64,000 bases of DNA from Pristiophorus japonicus (taxonomy: Eukaryota), in NCBI RefSeq assembly GCF_044704955.1, contig NC_091990.1, positions 177,506,001-177,570,000 of the forward strand. Direction: 5' to 3'. A program made the translations under genes and the position numbers. This document shows positions 12,761 through 24,255 of this stretch, piece by piece; positions within the stretch are counted from its first letter, which is position 1; every line of letters begins with the position of its first letter. Under the pieces are notes generated by a model. The model did not search any database and was not told where the DNA came from. It saw only the letters and a list, made by a program, of their open reading frames with translations.

Positions 12761-13142
12761 AACAGTGATTTATTTGTGCTTCTTTCAATTTAGTAAACTG
12801 TATTCGCTGCTCATGATCTCTCTACATTGAGGAGACCAAATGCAAATTGAGTGACCAGTTTGTAGAACAGTTCCATTCAGTCCGAAAGCACGACCCCGAG
12901 TTTCCGGTTGTCTGTCACTTTCATTCTCCGCTCCACTCTCACTCTGATCTCTCTGTCCTTGGCCTCTTACATTGTTCAAATGAAGCTCAATGTAAGCTCG
13001 AGGAACAGCACCTCATCTTTCATTTAGGCACTTTAATGCCTTCTGGACTCAACATCGAGTTCTGATCGTAACCTATTTTTTTCTCTTGTTTCTGTTTTTT
13101 TCTCTCATTTCCATGACAGCTGCTGATGATTCCACTATTTTC

Positions 13143-13902
13143 CATACCTCGGGAGGCTCTTATCAACAAGAGCAGACATTGACGGCGAGATTCAACACCG
13201 CCTTCAGTGCGCCAGTGCAGCCTTCAGCTGCCTGAGGAAAAGAGTGCTTGAAGACCAGGCCCTCAAATCTGCCACCAAGCTCATGGTCTGCAGCGCTGTA
13301 GTAATACCCGCCCTACTTTATGGCTCAGAGACATGGGCCATGTACAGTAGGCACCTCAAATCGCGGGAGAAATACCACCAACGATGTCTCAGCAATATCC
13401 TACAAATCCCCTGGGAGGACAGACACACCAATGTTAGCGTCCTCGACAGGCAACATCCCTAGCTTTGAAGCACTGACCACACTTGATCAGCTCCGCTGGG
13501 CAGACCACATAGTTCGCATGCCAGACACAAGATCCCCAAAGCAATCGCTCTACTCGGAAGTCCTCCACAGCAAAGGAGCCAAAGATGGGCAGAGGAATCG
13601 TTACAAAGACACCCTCAAAGCCTCCCTGCTAAAGTGCAACATTCCCACTGACACCTGGGAGTCCCTGGCCAAAGACCGCCCTAAGTGGAGGAAGAGCATC
13701 CGAGAGCGCTGTGCACCTTGAGTCTCATCGCCGAGAGCATGCAGAAATCAAGCGCAGGCAGCGGAAAGAGCATCCGGAAAACCTGTCCCACCCACACTTT
13801 CCCTCGGGGACTGTGATTCTCGTATTGGACTGATCAGCCACCTAAGGACTCATTTTAAGAGGGGAAGCAAGTCTTCCTCGATTCCGAGGGACTACCTATG
13901 AT
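13143..13902 (+). mobile_element. RTE-clade LINE 3' fragment nested in the Penelope element
   Basis: YLG..LS..ADID.EI, LLYGSETW, QLRWADHIVRMPDTR and RYKDTLK motifs; 3' end GGAAGCAAGTC.TCCTCG.TTC.GAGGGAC..CCTATGAT. Confidence 0.88.
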
Positions 13903-14620
13903 AATCTAGACTCATCTTTTGTGTCTTAACTTGCCCAATTACCATCTCCTTTTGCCTTGCACCATCATCCCTTTTGTCTCTTAATCTCTCCTGCCTTCCA
14001 CCCTATCACAGAACTTCCATTTTGTTCTTGCCTCCCCTCCCCCTTTCCCTGCCCCACTTGCTGACAAACCTGTTACATCTCTAACTTTTTCCAGTTCTGA
14101 CAAAAGCTCATTGACCTGAAACGTTAACGCTGTTTCTTTCTCCACAGATGCTGCCTGACCTGCTGGGTATTTCCAGCATTTTCTGTTATTTCAGATTTCC
14201 AGCAACCGCAGTATTTTGCTTTTTTATTAACAATAATTACATTGTTAAAAGGGTACTTGCACTACTAATGACCGGATTTAACTTTTTGATGCGAATTTAA
14301 CATGCAATTAATGTGTAAATGCAGAAACCTCATGATACTCATGGGGTAGTTAGGGCAAGATGCCGTTTATGTGAAGCTAACGGCAAATTGTCCAGCAACT
14401 TGTGTTGATTCGCAATACATGGGGCATCTCGTTATCCACTGAACCTGCTGGACAATTTGCTCATTAATAACGGTGTGTGTCGTTCACATGCCATTACTTT
14501 TTCAGCAAGTTCCAGTCAATTATTTGAAGCTATCTTTATGTTGGTGCCATGATTTCCAGCCGAAGCTTTTCACCATCATGTGTGCATGGGCTTGTGTTGT
14601 GTACAAAATGCTGAAATTAC

Positions 14621-15046
14621 CTGCTGTAACGTTCAGTACTGCACTTTTAGTACAAATTTTCTCAGGAGCGTCATGTTTAACTTCAATGATTAGCTCTGCG
14701 CCATCATCCTTGGATACATCAGGACACAGGGTAAAGTTGCAGGGTATGCTGAAATTCCCTTCAAAGGTATGTTGTAATTTTGGCACCTCAGCAGTGAAGG
14801 AATTATCTTCCTTGCAGGAACCTGTTTCATTTGTGAGGGGAATAGATAAATTAGTTGTGTCCGACAAGCTCTCTACTGGAACTCGCCAGTGAAATAGCTT
14901 CTTTGTTTCCTGCTCCCCTTTCCTCTTCAAGGATGTAACAATGTTCACCATCTCTCGACGGAGCAGAGTGACTTCCCACTTCAGATGGATTTTCTCATTG
15001 TGTTTGATTTCATCCGGTTTCATGATATCGCTAATTGTAGGAAGAT
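14621..15046 (-). CDS. Atypical Ig C-like domain exon B1 (426 nt, phase 1-1)
   Basis: Acceptor ttttctgttgtag|ATCTT, donor GCAG|gtaatt, 142 open codons. LKWEVT and LCPDVSKDDGAELIIEVKH align by eye with VRCDVT and IQPTVNDDGDKYTCVVRH of the C1 exon. Confidence 0.8.
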
Positions 15047-16259
15047 CTACAACAGAAAACAAAACAATGTGAAATAAACTTTATGTTCCAACTCACTCAT
15101 GTACATCCTTGTTCAGAGATGATGTACAAACTGAATAGCAATGTTCCAAAATGTGTGTTCCAAAATTGCAGAGGATTGCAGCCTTATGCATCGTCATGGT
15201 GTCAAATTGCACAATGAATCATCTGTAAATGACAATACAGATTCTACCGTACAAAGCACATCCATGTGGTTCCACAATTAGAAACTGCCCTTTCCACAAA
15301 ATAAAAAAGTTAATACCACAGAGCCCCAATTTTCTGAGACCAGCCAAATCGATGTAGTTCCCTGTGGTCTGTGGCTCAGGCACATCTGAGGCAGCATTGT
15401 GGAGGATAGGCTTCACCAAATTTAAAGAGTCAATGGCCCCGATCTTTACTGGGGAGGCATTTCCAAACAGTGAGGGGGGAGAGGGCTGCAGGGGAGGAGT
15501 AGTATTCAGATGTCCTGGTTTCCCTGATCGCTATGGAGTTTAAACAGGTTCCCCGCCTGAAATCCAGCCTGATTGACAGGTTTGGCTCCTCGTTTGATGG
15601 GGAACGCTGCAGAAGAGGCCACAGTCCTGGAGCATTTAAATTTCATGCTGCAAGTGGTAGGGATCATGAGTGGGGATGGGGTATAGAGTAGTTTAAGGAA
15701 GTCGGGGTTGATGGCGGAGGTTGGAGAGAGATTGGAGGCAGAGATTCAGTGTCAGAGAGAGATGGCAGAGTTGCGGAGAGATTGGAGGGAGAGATGGGCG
15801 GTTGGGGGACAGAATTGTGGGGGAGTCGATGATCACCAAGAGGGGAGTTTTGATCCTATTTGTGTCAGGCGGCATTGTGGAGGTTTGAGGGAGCGTTGTT
15901 TATAAGTTAGATTGTTGGGACTTGAGGAAACACTTCAGTTCCTCTTGGCCCAGGAGCAGCACTGTAAAAGGTGATGGATTTGGCTCTAATCATCTCCTTT
16001 TACCTGCCGGTTTTCCCGAGTCCCCGGAAACCCGGCCAATTATGGTTAAAAATAGAAATCCTATTAAAATGTACGCACAATCCTCCTTGAAAGGTTTCAA
16101 CGACCCACCAGCCTCCCAAGAGCGGATTGGTCGCCCGCCCCTCGTCCTGCTTGTGTAAAAGCTCGGGAGTGGACGGGTTTGACGCGGGTTGGGTTCCTGG
16201 TTCAGCCTTTTAATGTTTAAACATCCCATTTGAATCAAACCCACCCATTGTTGTGGCTT

Positions 16260-19200
16260 AAAATTCCCTACAAAACCAAAATAAGACATGAGCCAGAATC
16301 TTTATCGAAGAGTCAGGGCAGGTGCGTGCGTGTCACACAGTGGATCACCATCCTGATGTTTTCAAAATTGTGCACACAGCGCGTTTAACTCAATCACATC
16401 AATTGAAAACGTCATGCCAGTTTCCAGACCAATTAAATGGAGTCGGTTGGATGACATCACCGATGACACACTTACAGCTCAGATATTTAAGGGTGCCTGC
16501 ACACATCACAGTTGAAAGTTGTTGGAGGAGGCACACAGGTGGTTGGAAGTAGTGGTTATTGAATTATAAGAACATAAGAAATAGGAACAGGACTAGGCCA
16601 TCTAGCCCCTCGAGCCTGCTCCGCCATTCAACAAGATCATGGCTGATCTGGCCGTGGACTCAGCTCCACTTACCCGCCCGCTCCCCATAACCCTTAATTC
16701 CCTTATTGGTTAAAAATCTATCGATCTGTGACTTGAATACATTTAATGATCTAGCCTCAACTGCTTCCTTGGGCCAAGAATTGCACAGATTCACAACCCT
16801 GTGGGAGAAGAAATTCCTTTTCAACTGGTTTTTAAATTGGCTTCCCCGTATTTTGAGGCTGTGCCCCCTAGTTCTAGTCTCCCCGACCAGTGGAAACAAC
16901 CTCTCTGCCTCTATCTTGTCTATCCCTTTCATTATTTTAAATGTTTCTATAAGATCACCCCTCATCCTTCTGAGCTCCAACGAGTTAAGACCCAGTCTAC
17001 TCAATCTATCATCATAAGGTAACCCCTTCATCTCCGGAATCAGCCAAGTGAATCGTCTCTGTACACCATCCAAAGCCAGTATATCCTTCCTTAGGTAAGG
17101 TGACCAAAACTGCACGCAGTACTCCAGGTGCAGCCTCACCAATACCCTGTACAGTTGCAGCAGGACCTCCCTGCTTTTGTACTCCATCCCTCTCGCAATG
17201 AAGGCCAAAATTCAATTCGCCTTCCTGATTACCTGCTGCACCTACAAACTAACTTTTTGGGATTCATGCACAAGTACCCCCAGGTCCCTCTGCACCACAG
17301 CATGTTGTCATTTCTCCCCATTCAAATAATATTCCCTTTTACTGTTTTTTTTTCCCCAAGGTGGATGACCTCACATTTTCCGACATTGTATTCCATCTGC
17401 CAAAGCTTAGCCCATTCGCTTAACCTATCTAAATCTCTTTGCAGCCTCTCTGTGTCCTCTACACAACCCACTTTCCCACTAATCTTTGTGTCATCTGCAA
17501 ATTTTGTTACACTACACTCTGTCCCTTCTTCCAGGTCATCTATGTATATTGTGAACAGTTGTGGTCCCAGCACCGATCCCTGTGGCACACCACTAACCAC
17601 CGATTTCCAACCCGAAAAGGACCATTTATCCTGACTCTCTGCTTTCTGTTAGCCAGCCAATTCTCGATCCATGCTAATACATTTCCTCTGACTCCGCGTA
17701 CCTTTATCTTCTGCAGTAACCTTTTGTGTGGCACCTTATCGAATGCCTTTTGGAAATCTAAATACACCACATCCATCGGTACACTTCTATCCACCATGCT
17801 CGTTATATCCTCAAAGAATTCCAGTAAATTAGTTAAATGTGATTTCCCCTTCATGAATCCATGTTGCGCCTGCTTAATTGCACTATTCCCATCTAGATGT
17901 CCCACTATTTCTTCCTTAATGATAGCTTCAAGCATTTTCCCCACTACAGATGTTAAACTAACCGGCCTATAGTTACCTGCCTTTTGTCTGCCCCCTTTTT
18001 TAAACAGAGGCGTTACATTAGCTGCTTTCCAATCCGCTGGTACCTCCCCAGAGTCCAGAGAATTTTGGTAAATTATAACTAATGCATCTGCTATAACTTC
18101 CGCCATCTCTTAATACCCTGGAATGCATTTTATCAGGACCAGGGGACTTGTCTACCTTGAGTCCCATTAGCCTGTCCAGCACTACCCCACTAGTGATGGT
18201 GATTCTCTCAAAGTCCTCCCTTCCCACATTCCCATGACCAGCAATTTTTGGCATGGTTTTTGTGTCTTCCACTGTGAAGACCGAAGCAAAATAATTGTTT
18301 CAGGTCTCAGCCATTTCCACATTTCCCATTATTAAATCTCCCTTCTCATCTTCTAAGGGACCAACATTTACTTTAGTCACTCTTTTCCGTTTTATATATC
18401 GGTAAAAGCTTTTACTATCTGTTTTTATGTTTTGCGCAAGTTTACTTTCGTAATCTATCTTTCCTTTCTTTATTGCTTTCTTCGTCATTCTTTACTGTCG
18501 TTTAAAATGTTCCCAATCTTCTAGTTTCCCACTAACCTTGGCAACCTTATACGCATTGGTTTTTAATTTGATACTCTCCTTTATTTCCTTGGTTATCCAC
18601 GGCTGGTTATCCCTTCTCTTACCGCCCTTCTTTTTCACTGGAATATATTTTTGTTGAGCGCTATGAAAGAGCTCCTTAAAAATTTTCCACTGTTCCTCAA
18701 TTGTGCCACCGTTTAGTCTGTGTTCCCAGTCTACTTTAGCTAACTCTGCCCTCATCCCACTGTAGTCCACTTTGTTTAAGCATAGTACGCTCGTTTGAGA
18801 CGCTACTTCCTCACCCTCAATCTATATTACAAATTCAACCAGACTGTGATCACTCATTCCGAGAGGATCTTTCACTAGGAGATCGTTTATTATTCCTGTC
18901 TCATTACACAGGACCAGATCTAAGATCGCTTGCTCCCTTGTAGGTTCTGTAACATAATGTTCTAAGAAACAATCCTGTATGCATTCTATGAATTCCTCCT
19001 CAAGGCTACCCCGTACGATTTGATTTGACCAATCGATATGTAGGTTAAAATCCCCCATGATTACTGCCATTCCTTTTTCACATGCCTCCATTATTCCCTT
19101 GATTATGGTCCGCCCCACCGTGAAGTTATTATTTGGGGGCCTATAAACTACACGCACCAGTGACTTTTTCCCGTTACTATCTCTAAATAATTATACCGAA

Positions 19201-20480
19201 GAGATTTGTGTGGGTGCTAGCAAGGATGCAGCCACAACGTCAGAAGTCTGTGCCCAGGTTCTCAGATGCCTCACTGGAAGTCCTGTTCCAGGGAATCAGA
19301 GCACGCTGGACGGTCCTATTCCCTGGCAGTGACAGGAAAAAAGCAGCCGGAGAAACTGAGAGCGCTGTGCTGGAGATCAATCCAGAAGTGAGTAACAGGA
19401 GTGTTGTCAGCCGCTCCTGGATTCAGTGCCGGAAAAGATTGAATGATCTCATGAGGTCAGGAAAGGTGAGTACAATGCAACATTCAACTATACCCTGATG
19501 TGCGTTTCACCCCAAACCCATCACTCTGCCTTCCCAATCCTACACCTGCACATCACTCCTCATACCAACCTACCACATGCCATTCCCTTGAAGTCACCAT
19601 CTACAGATGTAGCCCATGCATTCCTTATACTAATTCCATCATACTCACTCAAAGTTCTCCTCTTTCCCTCCTTGCACAAGAGAGCAAAGACCAGGAGAGA
19701 AAGACACAGACCAGGAGAGAAAGACACAGAACAGGATGTGGCCCTCTAATTATATAAATTTGACACATGCAGAGGAGGAGGCTCTTGAAATAAGTGGAGT
19801 GACAGAGCTGCTGGTGATGGGAGATGGAGAGAGGGGACAACACAGCAACCTGATGACAGAATTAAATATTGTACATGGCATACAGCAGTGACTCATGGTG
19901 ACCGATGTCAAGAGCCAGTGAAATATCATCATATGCAGAATGGTAACATTACAGTCTTACATAAGAGGTCTAATGCATGTCTTTACGCTCCCACAGGTCC
20001 ATCAAGTAGTCCCCCCTCCCCACCCCACTGTCCAGCCGGAGGACGAAGATGACTCCTTAGACGGAGCTCCATGCTCTGAGGGTGCACTGTCACCAAACCA
20101 ATGCACACCCAGCAGCAGCGCAGATACGCACACGTCGGTGGGTCCTGCAAGTCCCACTCTTTGCAAGGTGAGTACTGTTGTCACCTGGTGCCTCACACAT
20201 CACAAGGGAGCAAGGGCAGACGCTGGATACAGGGGCAGCAGTGGAGAGTCCTCACCGGAGGGCGCAGGGCGCTCCAGCCTCTGCCCAGCAGGATGCAGTT
20301 GTGGAAGCTCAGTGGGCCATCAACAAAGAGGTTGATCTTGGAGGAGCAGCAACAAAGGCACGAGGCTCTGGCACTTTTTCCAGCCACGATGAGCATAATA
20401 CGAACGTCAAGTTGCAAAAAGGCTTTCAGTTCAGTAACTCCTACAGTGCTGATATAAAACACTAAATCACTTCTGGGCAA
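16260..20480 (+). mobile_element. PIF/Harbinger relic (Myb/SANT-like ORF), split by the LINE at 16569-19188
   Basis: PRFSDASLEVLFQG...NRSVVSRSWIQCRKRLNDL at 19208-19470; the two halves join colinearly with the paralogous copy at 22130-23340. Confidence 0.75.
16569..19188 (-). mobile_element. CR1-type LINE, 5'-truncated, with candidate TSD AATTATA
   Basis: ORF2 fragments (YRPP, GDFN, NYRPVSLTS, YLDFQKAFDKV, FADD); AATTATA at 16562-16568 and 19189-19195. Confidence 0.95.
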
Positions 20481-20517
20481 TTCATTATAGCTGTGCAAAA
20501 GCAAAATACTGCGGATG

Positions 20518-21792
20518 TATGAAAGGGAAATCATGCTTGACAAATCTTCTGGAATTTTTTGAGGATGTAACTAGTAGAGTGGACGAGGGAGATCCAGTGG
20601 ATGTGGTGGATTTGGACTTTCAAAAGGCTTTTGACAAGGTCCCACACAAGAGATTGGTGTGCAAAATCAAAGCACATGTTATTGGGGGTAATATACTGAT
20701 ATGGATAGAGAACTGGTTGGCAGACAGGAAGCAGAGAGTCGGGATAAAGGGATCCTTTTCAGAATGGCAGGCAGTGACTAGTGGAGTGCCGCAGGGCTCA
20801 GTGCTCTGATCCCAGCTCTTTACAATATACATCAATGATTCGGATGAGGAATTGAGTTTAATATCTCCAAGTTTGCAGATGACACTAAACTGGGTGGCAG
20901 TGTGAGCTGTGAGGGGGATGCTAAGAGGCTGCAGGATGACTTGGATAGGTTAGGTGAGTGGGCAAATGCATGGCAGATGCAGTATAATGTGGATAAATGT
21001 GAGGTTATCCACTTTTGGGGCAAAAACACGAAGACAGAATATTATCTGAATGGCGGCAGATTAGGAAAAGGGGAGATGCAACGAGACCTGGGTGTCATGG
21101 TTCATCAGTCTTTGAAAGTTGGCATACAGGTACAGCAGGTGGTGAAAAAGGCAAATGGTATGTTGGCCTTCATAGCTAGGGGATTTGAATGTAGGAGCAG
21201 GGAGTCTTACTGCAGTTGTCCAGGGCCTTGGTGAGGCCTCGCCTGGAATATTGTGTTCAGTTTTGGTCTCCTTATCTGAGGAAGGACATTCTTGCTATTG
21301 AGGGAGTGCAGCAAAGGTCCACCAGATTGATTCCTGGGATGGCAGGACTGACATATGAGGAGAGACTGTATCAACTGTGCCTTTATACATTGGAGTTTAG
21401 AAGGATGAGAGGGGATTTCATAGAAACATATGATGGGACGGGACAGGTTAAAAGCGGGTAAAATGTTCCCGATGTTGGGAGTGTCCAGAACCAGGGGATA
21501 CAGTCTTAGGATAAGTGGTAGGCCATTTAGGACTGAGATGAGGAGAAATTTCTTCACTCAGAGAGTTGTTAACCTGTGAAATTCCCTGCCGCAGAGAGTT
21601 GTTGATGCCAGTTCATTGGATATACTCAAAAGGGAGTTAGATGTGGCCCTGACTGCTAAGGGGATCAAGGGGTATGGAGTGAGAGCAGGAAAGGGGTACT
21701 GAGGGAATGATCAGCCATGATCTTATTGAATAGTAGTGCAGGCTCGAAGGGCCGAATGGCCTACTCCTGCAACTATTTTCTATGTTTCTATG
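20518..21792 (+). mobile_element. CR1-type LINE 3' part inserted into a Penelope terminal segment
   Basis: KSCLTNLLEFF, QGSVL and LEYCVQFWSP motifs; tail tttctatgtttctatg. The flanks join into the Penelope end GCAAAATACTGCGGATG|CT.GAATCTG. Confidence 0.93.
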
Positions 21793-22129
21793 CTAGAATC
21801 TGGAGTAAAAACTGAAAATGCTGGAAATCTCAGCGGGTCAGGTAGCACCTACGGAGAGGAAGCAGAGTTAATGTTTCAGGTCAATGACCCTTCGTCAGAA
21901 TCGGAGAGCGTTTGAAAAGAACAGATTCTTAACAAGCACTGAAATGGGGAGGGGAAGAAAGATCAAAAGGCAAAGTCTGTGATAGGGTGGAAGACAGGAG
22001 AGATTAGAGAGACAAAATGGATGATGGGCCAGATTCAAATGGTAATGCCAGCAGGCAGAGAAATGTTTCAGAATGTTAACGTTTTAACTTCGCATTCGAC
22101 TCATACCGACCCATTATGGGGGGGGGGTT

Positions 22130-23340
22130 AAATTTCCCGCAAACCCATAATAAAACATTGGCCGGAACTTTACCCGCGAGTCAGGGCGGGTGCGTGCGGG
22201 CCCACAGCAAGTCACCATCCCGAAAATTTTTAACAGCACGTTCTGCACTGCGCGTTTAACTATATTACATCAATTGTAACAGTCATTCGGGTTCCCCGGC
22301 CGATTAAATGGAGCGGGTCTGATGACGTCACAATGACTCTCATTCAGCTCAGATATTTAAAGGAGCCTTGCAAACATCACAGTTGAAGGTTGTTGGAGGA
22401 GGTGGCTATTGCTATACATCGAAGCGATTTGTGTGGGTGCAGGTAGGATGGAGTCACAGAGCCAGACACATCACTGGAAGTCCTGGTCCAGGGAGTCACA
22501 GCACGAAGGAAGGTTGTAGACCCTTGGCAGTGGCAGGAAAAGAGCAACCAGAGAAACCAAGAGGGCTGGGCTGGAGATCGCCCAAGAAGTGAACAGCAGG
22601 AGTGCTGTCAGCCGCTCCTCGATTCATTGGCGCAAAAGATTTCATGCTCACATGAGGTCAGGAAAGGTGAGTACAATGTCACTTTCAAATACATCCTGAT
22701 GTGCGTGTCACCCCAACCCCATCACTCTGCCTTCCCCAGCCTCCTCCTGCATGTCACTCCTCACACCAACCTACCTTGCAGCTGCAAATACCATTGGGGT
22801 GTACGCACTGTTGTAATGTTGTAATAAGAGGTCCAATTCATGTCTTTATTCTCCTACAGGGCCAACAAATGTCCCCTCCTCCACTGTCCAGCCAGAAGAT
22901 GAAGATGACTCCACAGAGGGAGCTCCATTCTCTGAGGGTGCACCATCACCAGACCCATGCACACCCAGCACCAGCGCAGATACGCACACGTCGGTGTGTC
23001 CTGCAAGACCGTAGAGTAGTGTTGTCACCTGGTGTCTCACAAATCACAAATGAGCAAGAGCAGACACTGGAGACAGGGACAGCAGTGGAGAGTCCTCACC
23101 GGAGGGCACAGGGTGCTCCGAGCTCTGCCCAATTGGTTGCAGATGCTGAACATCGAGGGCCGTCGACAAAGAGGTTGATCTTGGAGGAGCAGCAACAAAC
23201 GCGCGAGGGTCTGGCAGTTTTTCCAGACATGATATGCGCGATACTGATGTAAAGTTGCAAAAGGGCTTTCAGTTCAATAATTCCTACAGTGCTGATATAA
23301 AACACCAAATCACTTCTGGGCAATTCATTATTGCTGTGGT
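22130..23340 (+). mobile_element. Second degenerate Harbinger Myb/SANT-side copy
   Basis: Colinear with 16260-16560 plus 19195-20480. Confidence 0.7.
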
Positions 23341-24255
23341 TTGACACATCTGATCAATTCAAAACTTGTCACATTTCACCATAATACTGAGGGGAAATAA
23401 TGGGCCTGAATTTGCTGGAGTGGCGCTGTTATTTAGACATTTTCCGGGACCATTCAGCTCACAATTTTTTGTGCCCCACATTGCTGGAAGTGAGAGTTGA
23501 TAACAGTGCAGCGAGATCAACAGGGCCGTTGGATACTGAGTGAATGGGAGGACCAACAGTGTAACTCCTGAACTGAAGCATTGAGAAATAAACGGAGGAA
23601 AGATTGAAAAGAAAATTGGATGAATCAAAGGGAAGTCATGTAGAGAAAGAGAAATAGAGAGGGAAAGAGATTGGATTAAGAGAGAGAGAAAAAAGGGGAA
23701 AAAAGGAAAATTAAGAAAAAAAAATGTAAAATGTGACATTTTGCAAAAGTATTTCAGCACTGACACAAATGACTCAACAAGCCAGGGAAAGAGCACAGTC
23801 ACTCAATTTCACACTCTCAACCACTGGCTCCTCGAGGTTGTCTCCACAGCCATTTGCCGTGTCCCCCACTGAAAGTCAGCAGCCTTCCACCAGCCATGCT
23901 GTCGACACTGGAGTAGCACTGTGTGACATCAGTACGACAGGCAAAGGCACACACAAGACAGTCACACACAAGACAGTCACTAAGTGAAGGCACAAGGGTG
24001 ATGAGCTGATTTCTTGATGTCACGTTGGATGGATAGATGTATATAGGTAGACTGGAAAGCAATGTTTCCAAAAATGTGCATCATTGCAGAAGATTGTGGC
24101 CTGGTGTAACCGATTGGCTCGGAATTTGTGGTTGTAATGATGGCAGAACTGTCAGCGTTCGCTGTCATTAGTGTTAAAATTCCCCCCAATGTGTTTTGTA
24201 TGGTGTAATCCACATTGCCATTTATAGATGATTAGTTGTGCAGTTGGACTACATA

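Larger units (their letters stand above)
11910..14225 (+). mobile_element. Penelope-like element (RT C-terminus and GIY-YIG endonuclease remnant) with nested insertions
   Basis: YYKPTDAHSYLDYTSFHP...SIPFSQFLRFRRICSDD and HF...HSHSDLSVLGL...EQHLIFHLGTLMPSGLN motifs; terminal segment ...CCACAGATGCTGCC...GCAGTATTTTGC. Confidence 0.88.
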
